Part shown: in pieces, positions 46,632 to 55,217 of the stretch
How positions within the stretch are numbered: the first letter of the stretch is position 1
Layout of the letters: every line of letters starts with the position of its first letter
Source: Candidatus Marinacidobacterium sp.
GTDB taxonomy: Bacteria > Acidobacteriota > Vicinamibacteria > Marinacidobacterales > Marinacidobacteraceae
Length of the DNA: 64,000 nucleotides
Assembly: GCA_965204755.1 (NCBI GenBank)
Contig: OZ242011.1
Location: 1,888,001-1,952,000 of the forward strand
Direction of reading: 5' to 3'
Made by a program: the position numbers and the translations under genes
Notes under the pieces: model-generated
What the model saw: the letters and a program-made list of their open reading frames with translations, nothing else
Database searches by the model: none
What the model was told of the DNA's origin: nothing

Positions 46632-47507
46632 CTACTCTGCAGGAGCCGGCGAATAGCCGGATTCGCTCGGCCCTGCCGCGAAGATCGTGAGCAGCAACTC
46701 CGATTCGTTGATGAGACGATATTCGGGACGCCGTCCGGAGTATTCCTCGCTTCGCCGAAGCAGGATTCGAACACCCTCGCCTCGACTCTTCATGAGAGTC
46801 GTCTGCCTCGTCTTGAGCCGGGGTATCCCGGACGGCACCTCGATATCCTCCAGCAGACTGGAAACTGCGATGTTTCGCGTAACTTGGCGGAACTGCAGGG
46901 TTTCGATACTGAGCGAGTTGAGCAACCTTCCGGGAGAGTAGATCTCCAAGCGGTCGCAGAACATCCGGAGGCGGATGTGGGATCCACTCACCGAGTAGTC
47001 CCGGTGGGCGACGGCGTTCACCAACGCCTCGAAAACGGACATCATGTCGTACTGGGGGATGTCCATTCTTCCGACGGCCTTCGTCGCCGCGACCTTCTGG
47101 TTTCGAGCGACGAAGTGGCAGGCCTCTTCGATCTGCCGATCCAGCGGGCCTTCGATGTCGCGGGCGTCCAGTTGATAGTGCGTGGCATCCAGGGACTCGA
47201 CGATCTTCCTTCCCCGGTAGGCAACCGCTTGGACGAAGGCGTGCGGGAACCATTGCTGCGGGTTCGTCGAGCCGAGCAGGATCCCGGCTACCGTCGGTCG
47301 AGTGTCTTGGTCTTCCGAGACCGTGACCATGTTGCGCCTCCCCGCAACGGTCAGTTCGTCCTCCTTCTTCGCCTCGGCGCCGAATCGCCGGATCAGCGCC
47401 ATGTCCAAGTCTCCGACTGACGCCGTAGGGACGATCTGCTCATCGAAAGAGATCCAGGGCACCCCGCCGAGATGCGGCAGGAACGGGGACCACATCTCGG
47501 TGTTCAT
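46632..47507 (-). CDS. HATPase_c_4 (RecG C-terminal-like) protein lacking AlbA_2 domain
   Basis: Starts just before FDEQIV; FEALVNAVAHRDYS, DRLEIYSPG and SRGEGV. Confidence 0.8.
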   Translation of the reverse strand: MNTEMWSPFLPHLGGVPWISFDEQIVPTASVGDLDMALIRRFGAEAKKEDELTVAGRRNMVTVSEDQDTRPTVAGILLGSTNPQQWFPHAFVQAVAYRGRKIVESLDATHYQLDARDIEGPLDRQIEEACHFVARNQKVAATKAVGRMDIPQYDMMSVFEALVNAVAHRDYSVSGSHIRLRMFCDRLEIYSPGRLLNSLSIETLQFRQVTRNIAVSSLLEDIEVPSGIPRLKTRQTTLMKSRGEGVRILLRRSEEYSGRRPEYRLINESELLLTIFAAGPSESGYSPAPAE

Positions 47508-47629
47508 GGCCGTTTCGAACTCCCGATCCGTTTGAGGTGTCCGCCCGGTCCCAAAAGGGGGTGCGGGCGGGCGTAGAGCGTAACGTGCCGGCGTTTCCGG
47601 GAACGAGCGCCCTCGAGGGGCAGGCCCGG

Positions 47630-49747
47630 CTACTCCGCGAGGGCCTTGAACACCGCGTTGGCGGGGTCGGCGTAGAACTCGATGTTGATCTTGGTCCAGA
47701 AGTTGTCGGGGAGGTCGTTCAGGTCGCGGCGCGAAGACACCGGCATCAGCAGGGTCGTGGCTTGGCGGTCCACGGCGGCTTCGGCGATCTCCACCGGCTT
47801 CGGCAGCCGCTCGACCGCCCCCCCGAGGCTCAGCGCCCCGACGACGACCGCGCCGCCGCGGACGCGGCGCTCCAGCAGCCCGCCCACCAGCGCCACCAGC
47901 GCCGGCAACCCGAGACCCGCGCCCGAACGGTCGGCGTCCAAGGCGTGGAGTTGGACCTGGTATTCGTGGCCGCGCGGATCGCGGTCGCCCACCAACTCCT
48001 TCGCCAGCGCGTAGAGGTTCTGTTCGCCGACGCGGACGCTCTCCCGGAAGCGCGGGGGCACCGGGTGGTTCAGGACGCGGGCGCCGCTCCCCGGGCCGAC
48101 CGCCGCCTCGATCCGGTAGAGGCCGGGCCCGGTTTCGCCGGTTCCCGGCCCGAAGGCCCAGACCTGCCCCGGCGGGAGCGGGTCCTCGTCGATCGCGTCG
48201 TCGCTCCGCAACTCCGGCGTGCCGACGAACTGCTCGATGCCGTCCGCGCCGAGCGTGTACGAGAAGCCGGTGTTGCGGAACTCGCTCTTGAGGCACCGCT
48301 TCTGCTGCTCCTTGACCCGGCGGCGCGCTTCCAGCGCCATCCTCACGATCCCTTCCAGGTCTTCGTCCGGGATCTCGGTCTCCGGGTCGGGGAACAGCAA
48401 CTTGACCAGCGCCGAGCAGGTCTTGTTCACCGCTTCCTGGTCGCGTCCGCTGAGCGCGCCGCCCCAATAGACCCGGTTGTGCAGGGCCGAAATCCTCGGC
48501 GCCTTCCGCATCTCGGTCCAGCACTCGCTGAGGAAGTCGCTGACCAGGCCGAACCGGTCGGTCAGGTGCGCTTCCGGGTCGAGTTTCGGGAAGTCCCAGC
48601 CGGGCGCGAAGGCGTGGATGCGGTCGTGGAAGGCGGTGTCGTTCCGCATCTCCTTCGGCAGCGGGCTGAGCAGGTGCCCGACCCGCTGTTGCCGCTCCAC
48701 ATCCAGGTCGAAGTTGCCGACCATGACGATGCCGCCCTCGGCGCGGATGCTCTCTTTGCCGCGGCTGAACTCGCCCGACGCCATGTAGCCCTTCATGATG
48801 TTCGCGCCGTCCTTCTGGTCGAAGGAGATGCCGGACACTTCGTCGAAGCAGACCACATCGTATTGGCACACCAGCCCGCGCTGGCCGCTCGCCATGTTGA
48901 CGAACATCTTGGCGACGGTGGCCTTGCCCCCGGAGATCAGGTGCGAGTAGGGCGAGATCTGCTGGTAGAGGTGGCTCTTGCCGGTGCCGCGCGGCCCGAG
49001 TTCGACCAGGTTGTAGTTCCGCTCCACGAACGGCGCCATCCGCAGCAGCGCGACCCGCTTGGCCCGCTCGTCGAGCGCCCCCGGTTCGAGTCCCACGGAA
49101 CGCAGCAGGAAGTCGCGCCATTCCTCGGTGCTGAACCGGCCGCGCCCTTCCGCCAGCCGCTTCAGGACATCCGGGTCCGACATCTGGATCGGGCGCAGGG
49201 ACTCGATGCGGAACGGTTCGCCGCCGGACTCCTGAGCCGCGATCGCGTCGTAGCGGAGCGTCACTTCGGCGTAGAAGCCGTCGGTGAGCATCCGCTGGTT
49301 CTCGCGCACCGTCGTCGGCTCGATACCCACCTGGCGCTCGCCGAGACTGGGCAACTCGACCAGGTAGCGGTCGCGCCGGGCGTCCAGCCGCGCCCGCACC
49401 AAGTCGATCAACTTGACCGTGCCGCGTTCCCGGGCGTCGGAGCGGAACCGCTCCCGGTCGGAGACGCGCACGGTGCGGCCCTGCAGTTGGCCTTCGACGA
49501 TCTGGAGCCCCTCCTCGATCTCGGCGTCGTCGGTGCTGGCGCAGAACCGCCCGAGCAGGAACTCCACCACATAGGTCGGCACCGGGAACTGCCGCGCGTA
49601 GCGGCGCACCAGGTCCTTGCGGACGAGGTAACCCGGGAACGCGTCCGCCGCGATCCGGTCGAGCGAGTCGAGTTCCCTCGGCGCCCCGTTGCCGTTTCCG
49701 GCGCCCGTTCCGTTGCCGTTGACGCCGGCGCTTTCGGATTCGTTCAT
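47630..49747 (-). CDS. brxL: BREX Lon-like protease BrxL
   Basis: VRKDL, PVPTYVVEFLLG, ELGPRGTGKSH, FDEV, GEFSRGKE and a Lon-like C-domain; ATGA-coupled to pglZ. Confidence 0.92.
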   Translation of the reverse strand: MNESESAGVNGNGTGAGNGNGAPRELDSLDRIAADAFPGYLVRKDLVRRYARQFPVPTYVVEFLLGRFCASTDDAEIEEGLQIVEGQLQGRTVRVSDRERFRSDARERGTVKLIDLVRARLDARRDRYLVELPSLGERQVGIEPTTVRENQRMLTDGFYAEVTLRYDAIAAQESGGEPFRIESLRPIQMSDPDVLKRLAEGRGRFSTEEWRDFLLRSVGLEPGALDERAKRVALLRMAPFVERNYNLVELGPRGTGKSHLYQQISPYSHLISGGKATVAKMFVNMASGQRGLVCQYDVVCFDEVSGISFDQKDGANIMKGYMASGEFSRGKESIRAEGGIVMVGNFDLDVERQQRVGHLLSPLPKEMRNDTAFHDRIHAFAPGWDFPKLDPEAHLTDRFGLVSDFLSECWTEMRKAPRISALHNRVYWGGALSGRDQEAVNKTCSALVKLLFPDPETEIPDEDLEGIVRMALEARRRVKEQQKRCLKSEFRNTGFSYTLGADGIEQFVGTPELRSDDAIDEDPLPPGQVWAFGPGTGETGPGLYRIEAAVGPGSGARVLNHPVPPRFRESVRVGEQNLYALAKELVGDRDPRGHEYQVQLHALDADRSGAGLGLPALVALVGGLLERRVRGGAVVVGALSLGGAVERLPKPVEIAEAAVDRQATTLLMPVSSRRDLNDLPDNFWTKINIEFYADPANAVFKALAE

Positions 49748-52062
49748 GAGTCCTCCCCTACGCGGGTCGGGACGGTGGCGAGCACGCGGTCGTCTTCGTC
49801 CAGGACGACGACGGAGAGCGCGGCCGTTTCGTGTTCGTCGCCGGACAGCACCAGGCTGACGGAACCGTCCGCGTCCACCGGCTTCGGCTGAGCGACGGAC
49901 TCCCCGGAGGGGCCGCCGAGCCGCAGGGCCGCCGTCCACCCCGCGCCCCCGCCGGCGACGACGAGGCGGCACCGGAACCGTCTCCAGGTCACGGAAGTGA
50001 TGGAAGCGTCCGCCGCGCTCCCGGCCGGGCGCTCGACCACGATGTCCGGCGTCAGGCATTCCTGGATGCTGAGGCCGCCGTGCGCGAAGGCGTCCGACTT
50101 GTTGAAACAGGAGATGCCCGCGGCGGCGGCGAACCATTCCCCGGCGTTCCAACCCCACGGGTAGCGCGGCGCGCCCGGATCCGATTCCCCGGCGATGACC
50201 GCGCACCGCGCCCACCGGGTTTCCGTGAGGTGCTTCGGCAAGTCCGTCTTCGGCAGCCCGCCGGGAAGGAGCAGCCATCCGTGGTCGGTAACCACCCGAA
50301 CCGTCTTCCAGCCGGCGTCCAGAAGGTCGGCGATTCGCCGGGCGAGGCCGTCGAGTTTCTCCGGGAGGCGCGACGCCAGCCCGGCCTGCTCGTGGTGTCC
50401 GGTCTTGTCGATTTCCCCGGTTTCGAGCCACCCGCGCGCCGCCGCCGAGCGGGGTCGGTCGAAGGCGCCGGCGCCGAGGATCTGGTAGCCGCGTTCCGTC
50501 ATCGCCGCGCGAAGGCCGGACGCGTCCACGGCGCGGCCGTCGGAACGGAAGCGGGGCGCGAAGGACTTGTCGAGCGCGGCCGCTTCGAGGTCACCGGCCA
50601 CCGGAGTCACCCCCGCCTTCGCGGTCGCGGTAACCGTCGGGAGCGCCGCCCAACGCGTGTCCACGGCCGCCCGCAGGCCCCGCGCTTCCAGTCGTTCGGC
50701 GAGCCGCCGGCCGAGGTCGTAGCGAAGACCGTCCACGAAGAAGAGGCAGCCGTCCCCGCCCGCTTCGACGAGCGGTTGTTCGCCCGCTCCGGGAAGCGGT
50801 TTCCGGAGAACGGCCCGCTGGAAGGCCAGCGCGGAATCGTGCAGCCACGGTTCCAGCAGGTGCCGCACGACTTCCGACACCAACTCTTCGTCCGCGCCCC
50901 CCACCGCCGCCACCGCTTCCCAGGCGGCCGCGTCGGCGCCCCACCCGCGCTCCAAGTACGCCGACCGCACTTCCTCCGGATCGCCGCCGCCGAGCGGCGA
51001 TTTCGCCGCCGCCGCCAGCCGCGCCAGCGGTTCGAGCGCCGCCGCGAGCGGCGACCGGCCGAGTTTCGCCCAGACCCAACCCCGCCGCTTCCCGTGTTCC
51101 TCCTCGAGTTTCACCACCCGGTCGCACGCTTCCCGCTGCGGCAGCGCGCCCAGCCCGGCGAGCGCGTCGCGGAGCGCCCCTTCGCGCCGTTCGTTCTCCT
51201 TCGGCCAGCGCTCCGGCGCCGCCGTCAGGAGTTTGCCCCGAGGCTGGCTCCGCTTCAGGACATCCACGACCTCGCGGAACGCCGTCGGGGAGTCGGTGAA
51301 TCGAGCCCAGACCGGATCCCATCCGGAAGCGCCCGAACCGAGACGCTGCCCGGCCTCCACCTCCGATTTCTCCCCGGGATCGAAGTCCAAGTCCTTCGCG
51401 CACTGGCCGCGGAAGGCGTCCCAGCGTTCCCCCAGCCGGGCGCGCGTCCCCGACGGGTCACCCATCCAGAGGAGGAGATCCCGGCGGGCGTCCGCGACCT
51501 GAAGCCGTTGGAAGTCGTCCGCTTCCAGCCGCCGACCCCGGAGCCGGGCGAGCGGCGTCACCGCCACTTCCGGCAACGCCTGCCGCAGCGCGTCCCTGGT
51601 GTCGCGGTCTTCGGCCACCTCGCACTGCGCCCCGTGGCGCGAACCGAGGAACCCGGCGGCGGTCCAGTCCTTCCCGTTCGGATGCAGCCACGCCGCGCCC
51701 CGATGGAGCAGTTCGATCAGCGGCTTCAGCCGATCCGGGCAGTCGTCGCCGGCGCGGAGGTCTTGCTTCCCGATACCGGGCAGGTAGAGGATCGGCACGC
51801 CCTCGCCGTTGGCAGCGCGGTCCACCTCGCACCGCAACCAGATCGCCGGCCCGGAGCGTTTCTCCGGCTCGTACTCCCCGAGGACGAACAGTTCGGGAAC
51901 CCGTTCGCGCGCCAGGCCGGCGACCCGTTTCCAGTCGCCCTTCGGGTCCGGCCAGAGGATCGCCGCCGGCCGCGTCTCCCCGTCCACCGGGACGCCGCGG
52001 GCGCGGAGGCTCTCGATCACCCGGTCGAGCAGCGTCGCCTCGTCCCGCGGCAGCAGGTTCAC
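49744..52062 (-). CDS. pglZ: BREX alkaline-phosphatase-like PglZ (type-B-like)
   Basis: FVDGLRYD, LPTVTATAK, IDKTGH, VVTDHGW and HGGLSIQE. Confidence 0.92.
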   Translation of the reverse strand: MNLLPRDEATLLDRVIESLRARGVPVDGETRPAAILWPDPKGDWKRVAGLARERVPELFVLGEYEPEKRSGPAIWLRCEVDRAANGEGVPILYLPGIGKQDLRAGDDCPDRLKPLIELLHRGAAWLHPNGKDWTAAGFLGSRHGAQCEVAEDRDTRDALRQALPEVAVTPLARLRGRRLEADDFQRLQVADARRDLLLWMGDPSGTRARLGERWDAFRGQCAKDLDFDPGEKSEVEAGQRLGSGASGWDPVWARFTDSPTAFREVVDVLKRSQPRGKLLTAAPERWPKENERREGALRDALAGLGALPQREACDRVVKLEEEHGKRRGWVWAKLGRSPLAAALEPLARLAAAAKSPLGGGDPEEVRSAYLERGWGADAAAWEAVAAVGGADEELVSEVVRHLLEPWLHDSALAFQRAVLRKPLPGAGEQPLVEAGGDGCLFFVDGLRYDLGRRLAERLEARGLRAAVDTRWAALPTVTATAKAGVTPVAGDLEAAALDKSFAPRFRSDGRAVDASGLRAAMTERGYQILGAGAFDRPRSAAARGWLETGEIDKTGHHEQAGLASRLPEKLDGLARRIADLLDAGWKTVRVVTDHGWLLLPGGLPKTDLPKHLTETRWARCAVIAGESDPGAPRYPWGWNAGEWFAAAAGISCFNKSDAFAHGGLSIQECLTPDIVVERPAGSAADASITSVTWRRFRCRLVVAGGGAGWTAALRLGGPSGESVAQPKPVDADGSVSLVLSGDEHETAALSVVVLDEDDRVLATVPTRVGEDS

Positions 52063-53381
52063 GATTCGCCTCCGCCGGGGTAGGGGCGAGGCGCGGGATT
52101 CGGCCAGCCGCCGGATTCCGCGGCCAACTCGCCGTCCGGATTCGCATTGAAGAGGCGGATGACGAAGATGTCGCGTTCCGCCGAGATCTCCGGCGGGGGC
52201 AAGGAGTTCTTCCGCATTTCGTTGTGGATGCGGGTCACGCCCTCTCCCTTGCCGTGCATGTAGCCGGCGGCGGCGAGGGCGCGAGCCAGCAGCGGATTCC
52301 GGGAGGAGTGCGCGCGAGCCCCTTCTCGCAGTTCCGCCTCGGTCGCCGGAGGCATTACCCCACCGGGACTCTCGACCTCCACGCGATCCGCAAAGAACCA
52401 GACCTCCGTTTCGCGCCCCTGGATCCCGTAGTCGCGGTGCGCGACGGCGTTGACGATCGCTTCCCGGAGGGCGAACTCCGGAATCTCCGAGAAGGTTTCG
52501 AACCGCATGCCGTTGAAGCGCTCCACGCGGCGGATTTGCGTGGGGCAGACCAGGAGCGCGTCTCGCAGCGCGTCGGCGACCGGGGCTTCGAGCGTCGCGA
52601 GTTGGCTCACATTCCGATGCCGGCCGGGCCGTCGCTCGGTCCCGAAAACGCGAAAGAGGCGGATGCCGGCCCGCGGATGCGACGGGTAACCCGCGCGTCG
52701 TCCGAAGAGGAGCAGGGCGGCGTTCGTGAGCCGCCAGTCGTGCGGCCCATGTTCGATCAACCCATAGTGACGGAGGGCATCGACCGGCGACCGCCCTCCG
52801 AGCGGCGTCCGTTCCATGAAGCGTCCGACGAGGCCCAGGTCCAACGCGTCCAAGGTGGCATCCGGGCTGAATCGCGGCTCATAGCCGCCACCCCGATACG
52901 CCTGCTTCTTCGCACTTATGGTCTCTTGCCGCTCGCGGACGATCTGCGCCCCGACGCGGTACGGGAACCCGTTCCCTTCGACCGTGACTGCTTCGGGCGC
53001 CATGCCGGCGGCGAAGACCAGGACCTCGAAATCCCCGACCCTTCCTCGCGCGGCGTGGCAGGAGACGCAGCGGTCGAGTCGCGTCTCGGGGACGGCGAGC
53101 AGGCCCTCCACCACATTCTCGGGATAGCCGTGACCCGACGGAGCGCGGTCGTCCTCCACGCCCACGAGCAACACTCCACCGTCGGCGTTGGCGAACGCGG
53201 CGACCACTTCCGCGATCTCGTCGCGGAGCGCCCGTCGCGGAAGCGGCGTCGCCCGGTCTCCGCTTCGATCCCAGGCGGACTTGAACTCGAGGAACTGCCC
53301 TTCGCCACGCTCGATCAGCGCGACCAGTTCGGACTCGGTGTAATCGAACGCGCGCCCGGGAGCGACTTCGTTCCCCGTCAT
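52059..53381 (-). CDS. AlbA_2 + HATPase_c_4 protein inside the BREX operon
   Basis: GEGQFLEFKS, AFANADGGVLLVGVED, REAIVNAVAHRDY and VESPG; coupled to neighbours on both sides. Confidence 0.88.
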   Translation of the reverse strand: MTGNEVAPGRAFDYTESELVALIERGEGQFLEFKSAWDRSGDRATPLPRRALRDEIAEVVAAFANADGGVLLVGVEDDRAPSGHGYPENVVEGLLAVPETRLDRCVSCHAARGRVGDFEVLVFAAGMAPEAVTVEGNGFPYRVGAQIVRERQETISAKKQAYRGGGYEPRFSPDATLDALDLGLVGRFMERTPLGGRSPVDALRHYGLIEHGPHDWRLTNAALLLFGRRAGYPSHPRAGIRLFRVFGTERRPGRHRNVSQLATLEAPVADALRDALLVCPTQIRRVERFNGMRFETFSEIPEFALREAIVNAVAHRDYGIQGRETEVWFFADRVEVESPGGVMPPATEAELREGARAHSSRNPLLARALAAAGYMHGKGEGVTRIHNEMRKNSLPPPEISAERDIFVIRLFNANPDGELAAESGGWPNPAPRPYPGGGES

Positions 53382-54313
53382 CGGCCGCACTTCACCTCCG
53401 CGCCGCAGCGCAGCGGATCGGTGTTCGCGAGGCGCTCGGCGCCGGCCCCAGCGTTCGTCGTCGTTAGCACCGAGTCCCGCTCCTCGTCTGGCGGCGAGGA
53501 AGGAAACGAGCCGGCCCGTTCCCGACTCGCGGCGTAGATCGTCAGCCGGAGGCCGCCGTCCCGCAACTCGTACTCCGGCGTCCGCCCCGAGTGCTCCTCA
53601 CTCCTCTCGAGGATCGGCTCGACTCCCCGGCCGCGCCAATCCATGAGCGTCTCCCGCTCGGTGGCGAGATCCGGGAACTCGGCGGGGACGGGGCACTTCG
53701 CGAGCAGGCTGGTGATCGTCTGGTTCCGGCTGACCTGCCGGTACGCGAGCCACTCCACGGGAGTCTCGCGCGGAGGCTCCCCCGGGGAATCGAGTTCGAG
53801 CCGGTCGGAGAACAGCCTCAGCCGGATCGCGGGTTCGTAGATCGAGTAGTCGCGATGCGCCACGGCGTTCACGACCGCCTCGAAGACCGCGGTGAAGTCG
53901 TACGGCGGAGCGCCGCCGCCCCCGGTTCCCGCTGCGGCGCGCGCGTTCCGGAGGACGAACCGACATGCCTCGGCCACCTGCGCATCGAGCGGGCCGCGGA
54001 TGTCCTGCGCCGCGATCCGGCGACCGCTCTCTTCGCCCTCGCCGCCGGCAGCCCGCCCGCGGTACGCCTCGGCCCGCAGGAACGCGTTCGGCAGCCAGCG
54101 GGTCGTCGGCTCTTTCGCGGCCATCAGGAGGCCGGTGACCGTCGGGCGCAACTCGTCGCCGCGCTCCCGGCGCGCCAGCCCGAACCGGTAGGCCCAAGTT
54201 TCGTCGTCTGCCGACTCTCCGGCGACCCGGAAACGCCGGATGAGCCGCGGGTCGAGGTCGCTGAACGCGGCAGCCGCCACGATTTCTTGGTCGAACTGGA
54301 TTGTCTTGAACAT
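53378..54313 (-). CDS. HATPase_c_4 protein lacking AlbA_2 domain, inside the BREX operon
   Basis: Begins at FDQEIV; FEAVVNAVAHRDYS, DRLELDSPG and RGRGV; GGGAG RBS before ATG 54313 (alternative start 54337). Confidence 0.8.
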   Translation of the reverse strand: MFKTIQFDQEIVAAAAFSDLDPRLIRRFRVAGESADDETWAYRFGLARRERGDELRPTVTGLLMAAKEPTTRWLPNAFLRAEAYRGRAAGGEGEESGRRIAAQDIRGPLDAQVAEACRFVLRNARAAAGTGGGGAPPYDFTAVFEAVVNAVAHRDYSIYEPAIRLRLFSDRLELDSPGEPPRETPVEWLAYRQVSRNQTITSLLAKCPVPAEFPDLATERETLMDWRGRGVEPILERSEEHSGRTPEYELRDGGLRLTIYAASRERAGSFPSSPPDEERDSVLTTTNAGAGAERLANTDPLRCGAEVKCGR

Positions 54314-54317
54314 TCGC

Positions 54318-55217
54318 TCAGGCTCCCTTCCGGTCATTGGTTGGAGCGAAACGGAAGGTCAGGCGGACGAGATCGCCGTCGGTGCGGTTGATGAGTTCCG
54401 GCTCGGTGCCGTTGAAGTCCCGCATGGCGTTGCGCATGACGAACCAGCCGCGCCCGCGCTTTTCCATCAACCCGGCTTCGACGAGGAAGTTCGCCAGCAT
54501 CTCGTTTCGGGACCACGACCCGCCGCCGACTTTCACCGCCTCCACCGTCATGGGGTTGGGCAGGGTTCCCGGGCTGGTGATCTCGGCCCGGTCGGCGAAG
54601 ACATCGAGCAGGACCGCCGAACCCGTGGCCGTGTAGTCCCGGTGGGCCACCGCGTTGACGAGAGCCTCGCGGAGCGCCTCGGGCGGGAGTCGCGGGATGT
54701 CCTCGCGTTCCACTCCCTCGTACTTCTCCCTCCAGCCGAGCGAGCGGAACCACCCCAGCGCTCGCCGGACCTGTTCGTCCAGAGGGCCGTCGGCTTCCCC
54801 GGCGAGGATGACTTCGGTTCCGCGGTCGTCACCCGCGTAGGCGGCGCACCGAACGAGGAAACTCGTCGTGTACGGGTGAGCCTGCGGCGTCCGGCCGAAC
54901 CGGAGGATGCCGTAGAGGGTCGGGTAGTGCTTGCCGTCATACTCGCGAACGACCCGGAAGTTGCGCCAGTCGGCCACGGTCGCCGGCTGCGGCTCGTTGC
55001 CGGTACGGAAACCGCGAGCGACGAGGAACCTCTCGAACCTCGAAGCGTCCAGATGCGCCAAGTCGGCCGCGGGGACGATCTGTTCCTCGGTAAGCCGAAA
55101 GCGGAGGCCGCTCCACATGTCCGGCCGTTCCGTCGGCGATGGCTCGACACCGCTCCGCAGCCGGCGGCCATCCTCACCGCCGGCGATTCGCCCTTCCACT
55201 TCGGGCCAGTCCGTCAC
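54318..55217 (-). CDS. HATPase_c_4 protein with internally deleted AlbA_2 domain, inside the BREX operon
   Basis: N-terminus ...RIAGGED then jumps to EEQIV; REALVNAVAHRDY, EITSPG and MEKRGRG; GTGA overlap with pglX stop. Confidence 0.8.
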   Translation of the reverse strand: MTDWPEVEGRIAGGEDGRRLRSGVEPSPTERPDMWSGLRFRLTEEQIVPAADLAHLDASRFERFLVARGFRTGNEPQPATVADWRNFRVVREYDGKHYPTLYGILRFGRTPQAHPYTTSFLVRCAAYAGDDRGTEVILAGEADGPLDEQVRRALGWFRSLGWREKYEGVEREDIPRLPPEALREALVNAVAHRDYTATGSAVLLDVFADRAEITSPGTLPNPMTVEAVKVGGGSWSRNEMLANFLVEAGLMEKRGRGWFVMRNAMRDFNGTEPELINRTDGDLVRLTFRFAPTNDRKGA

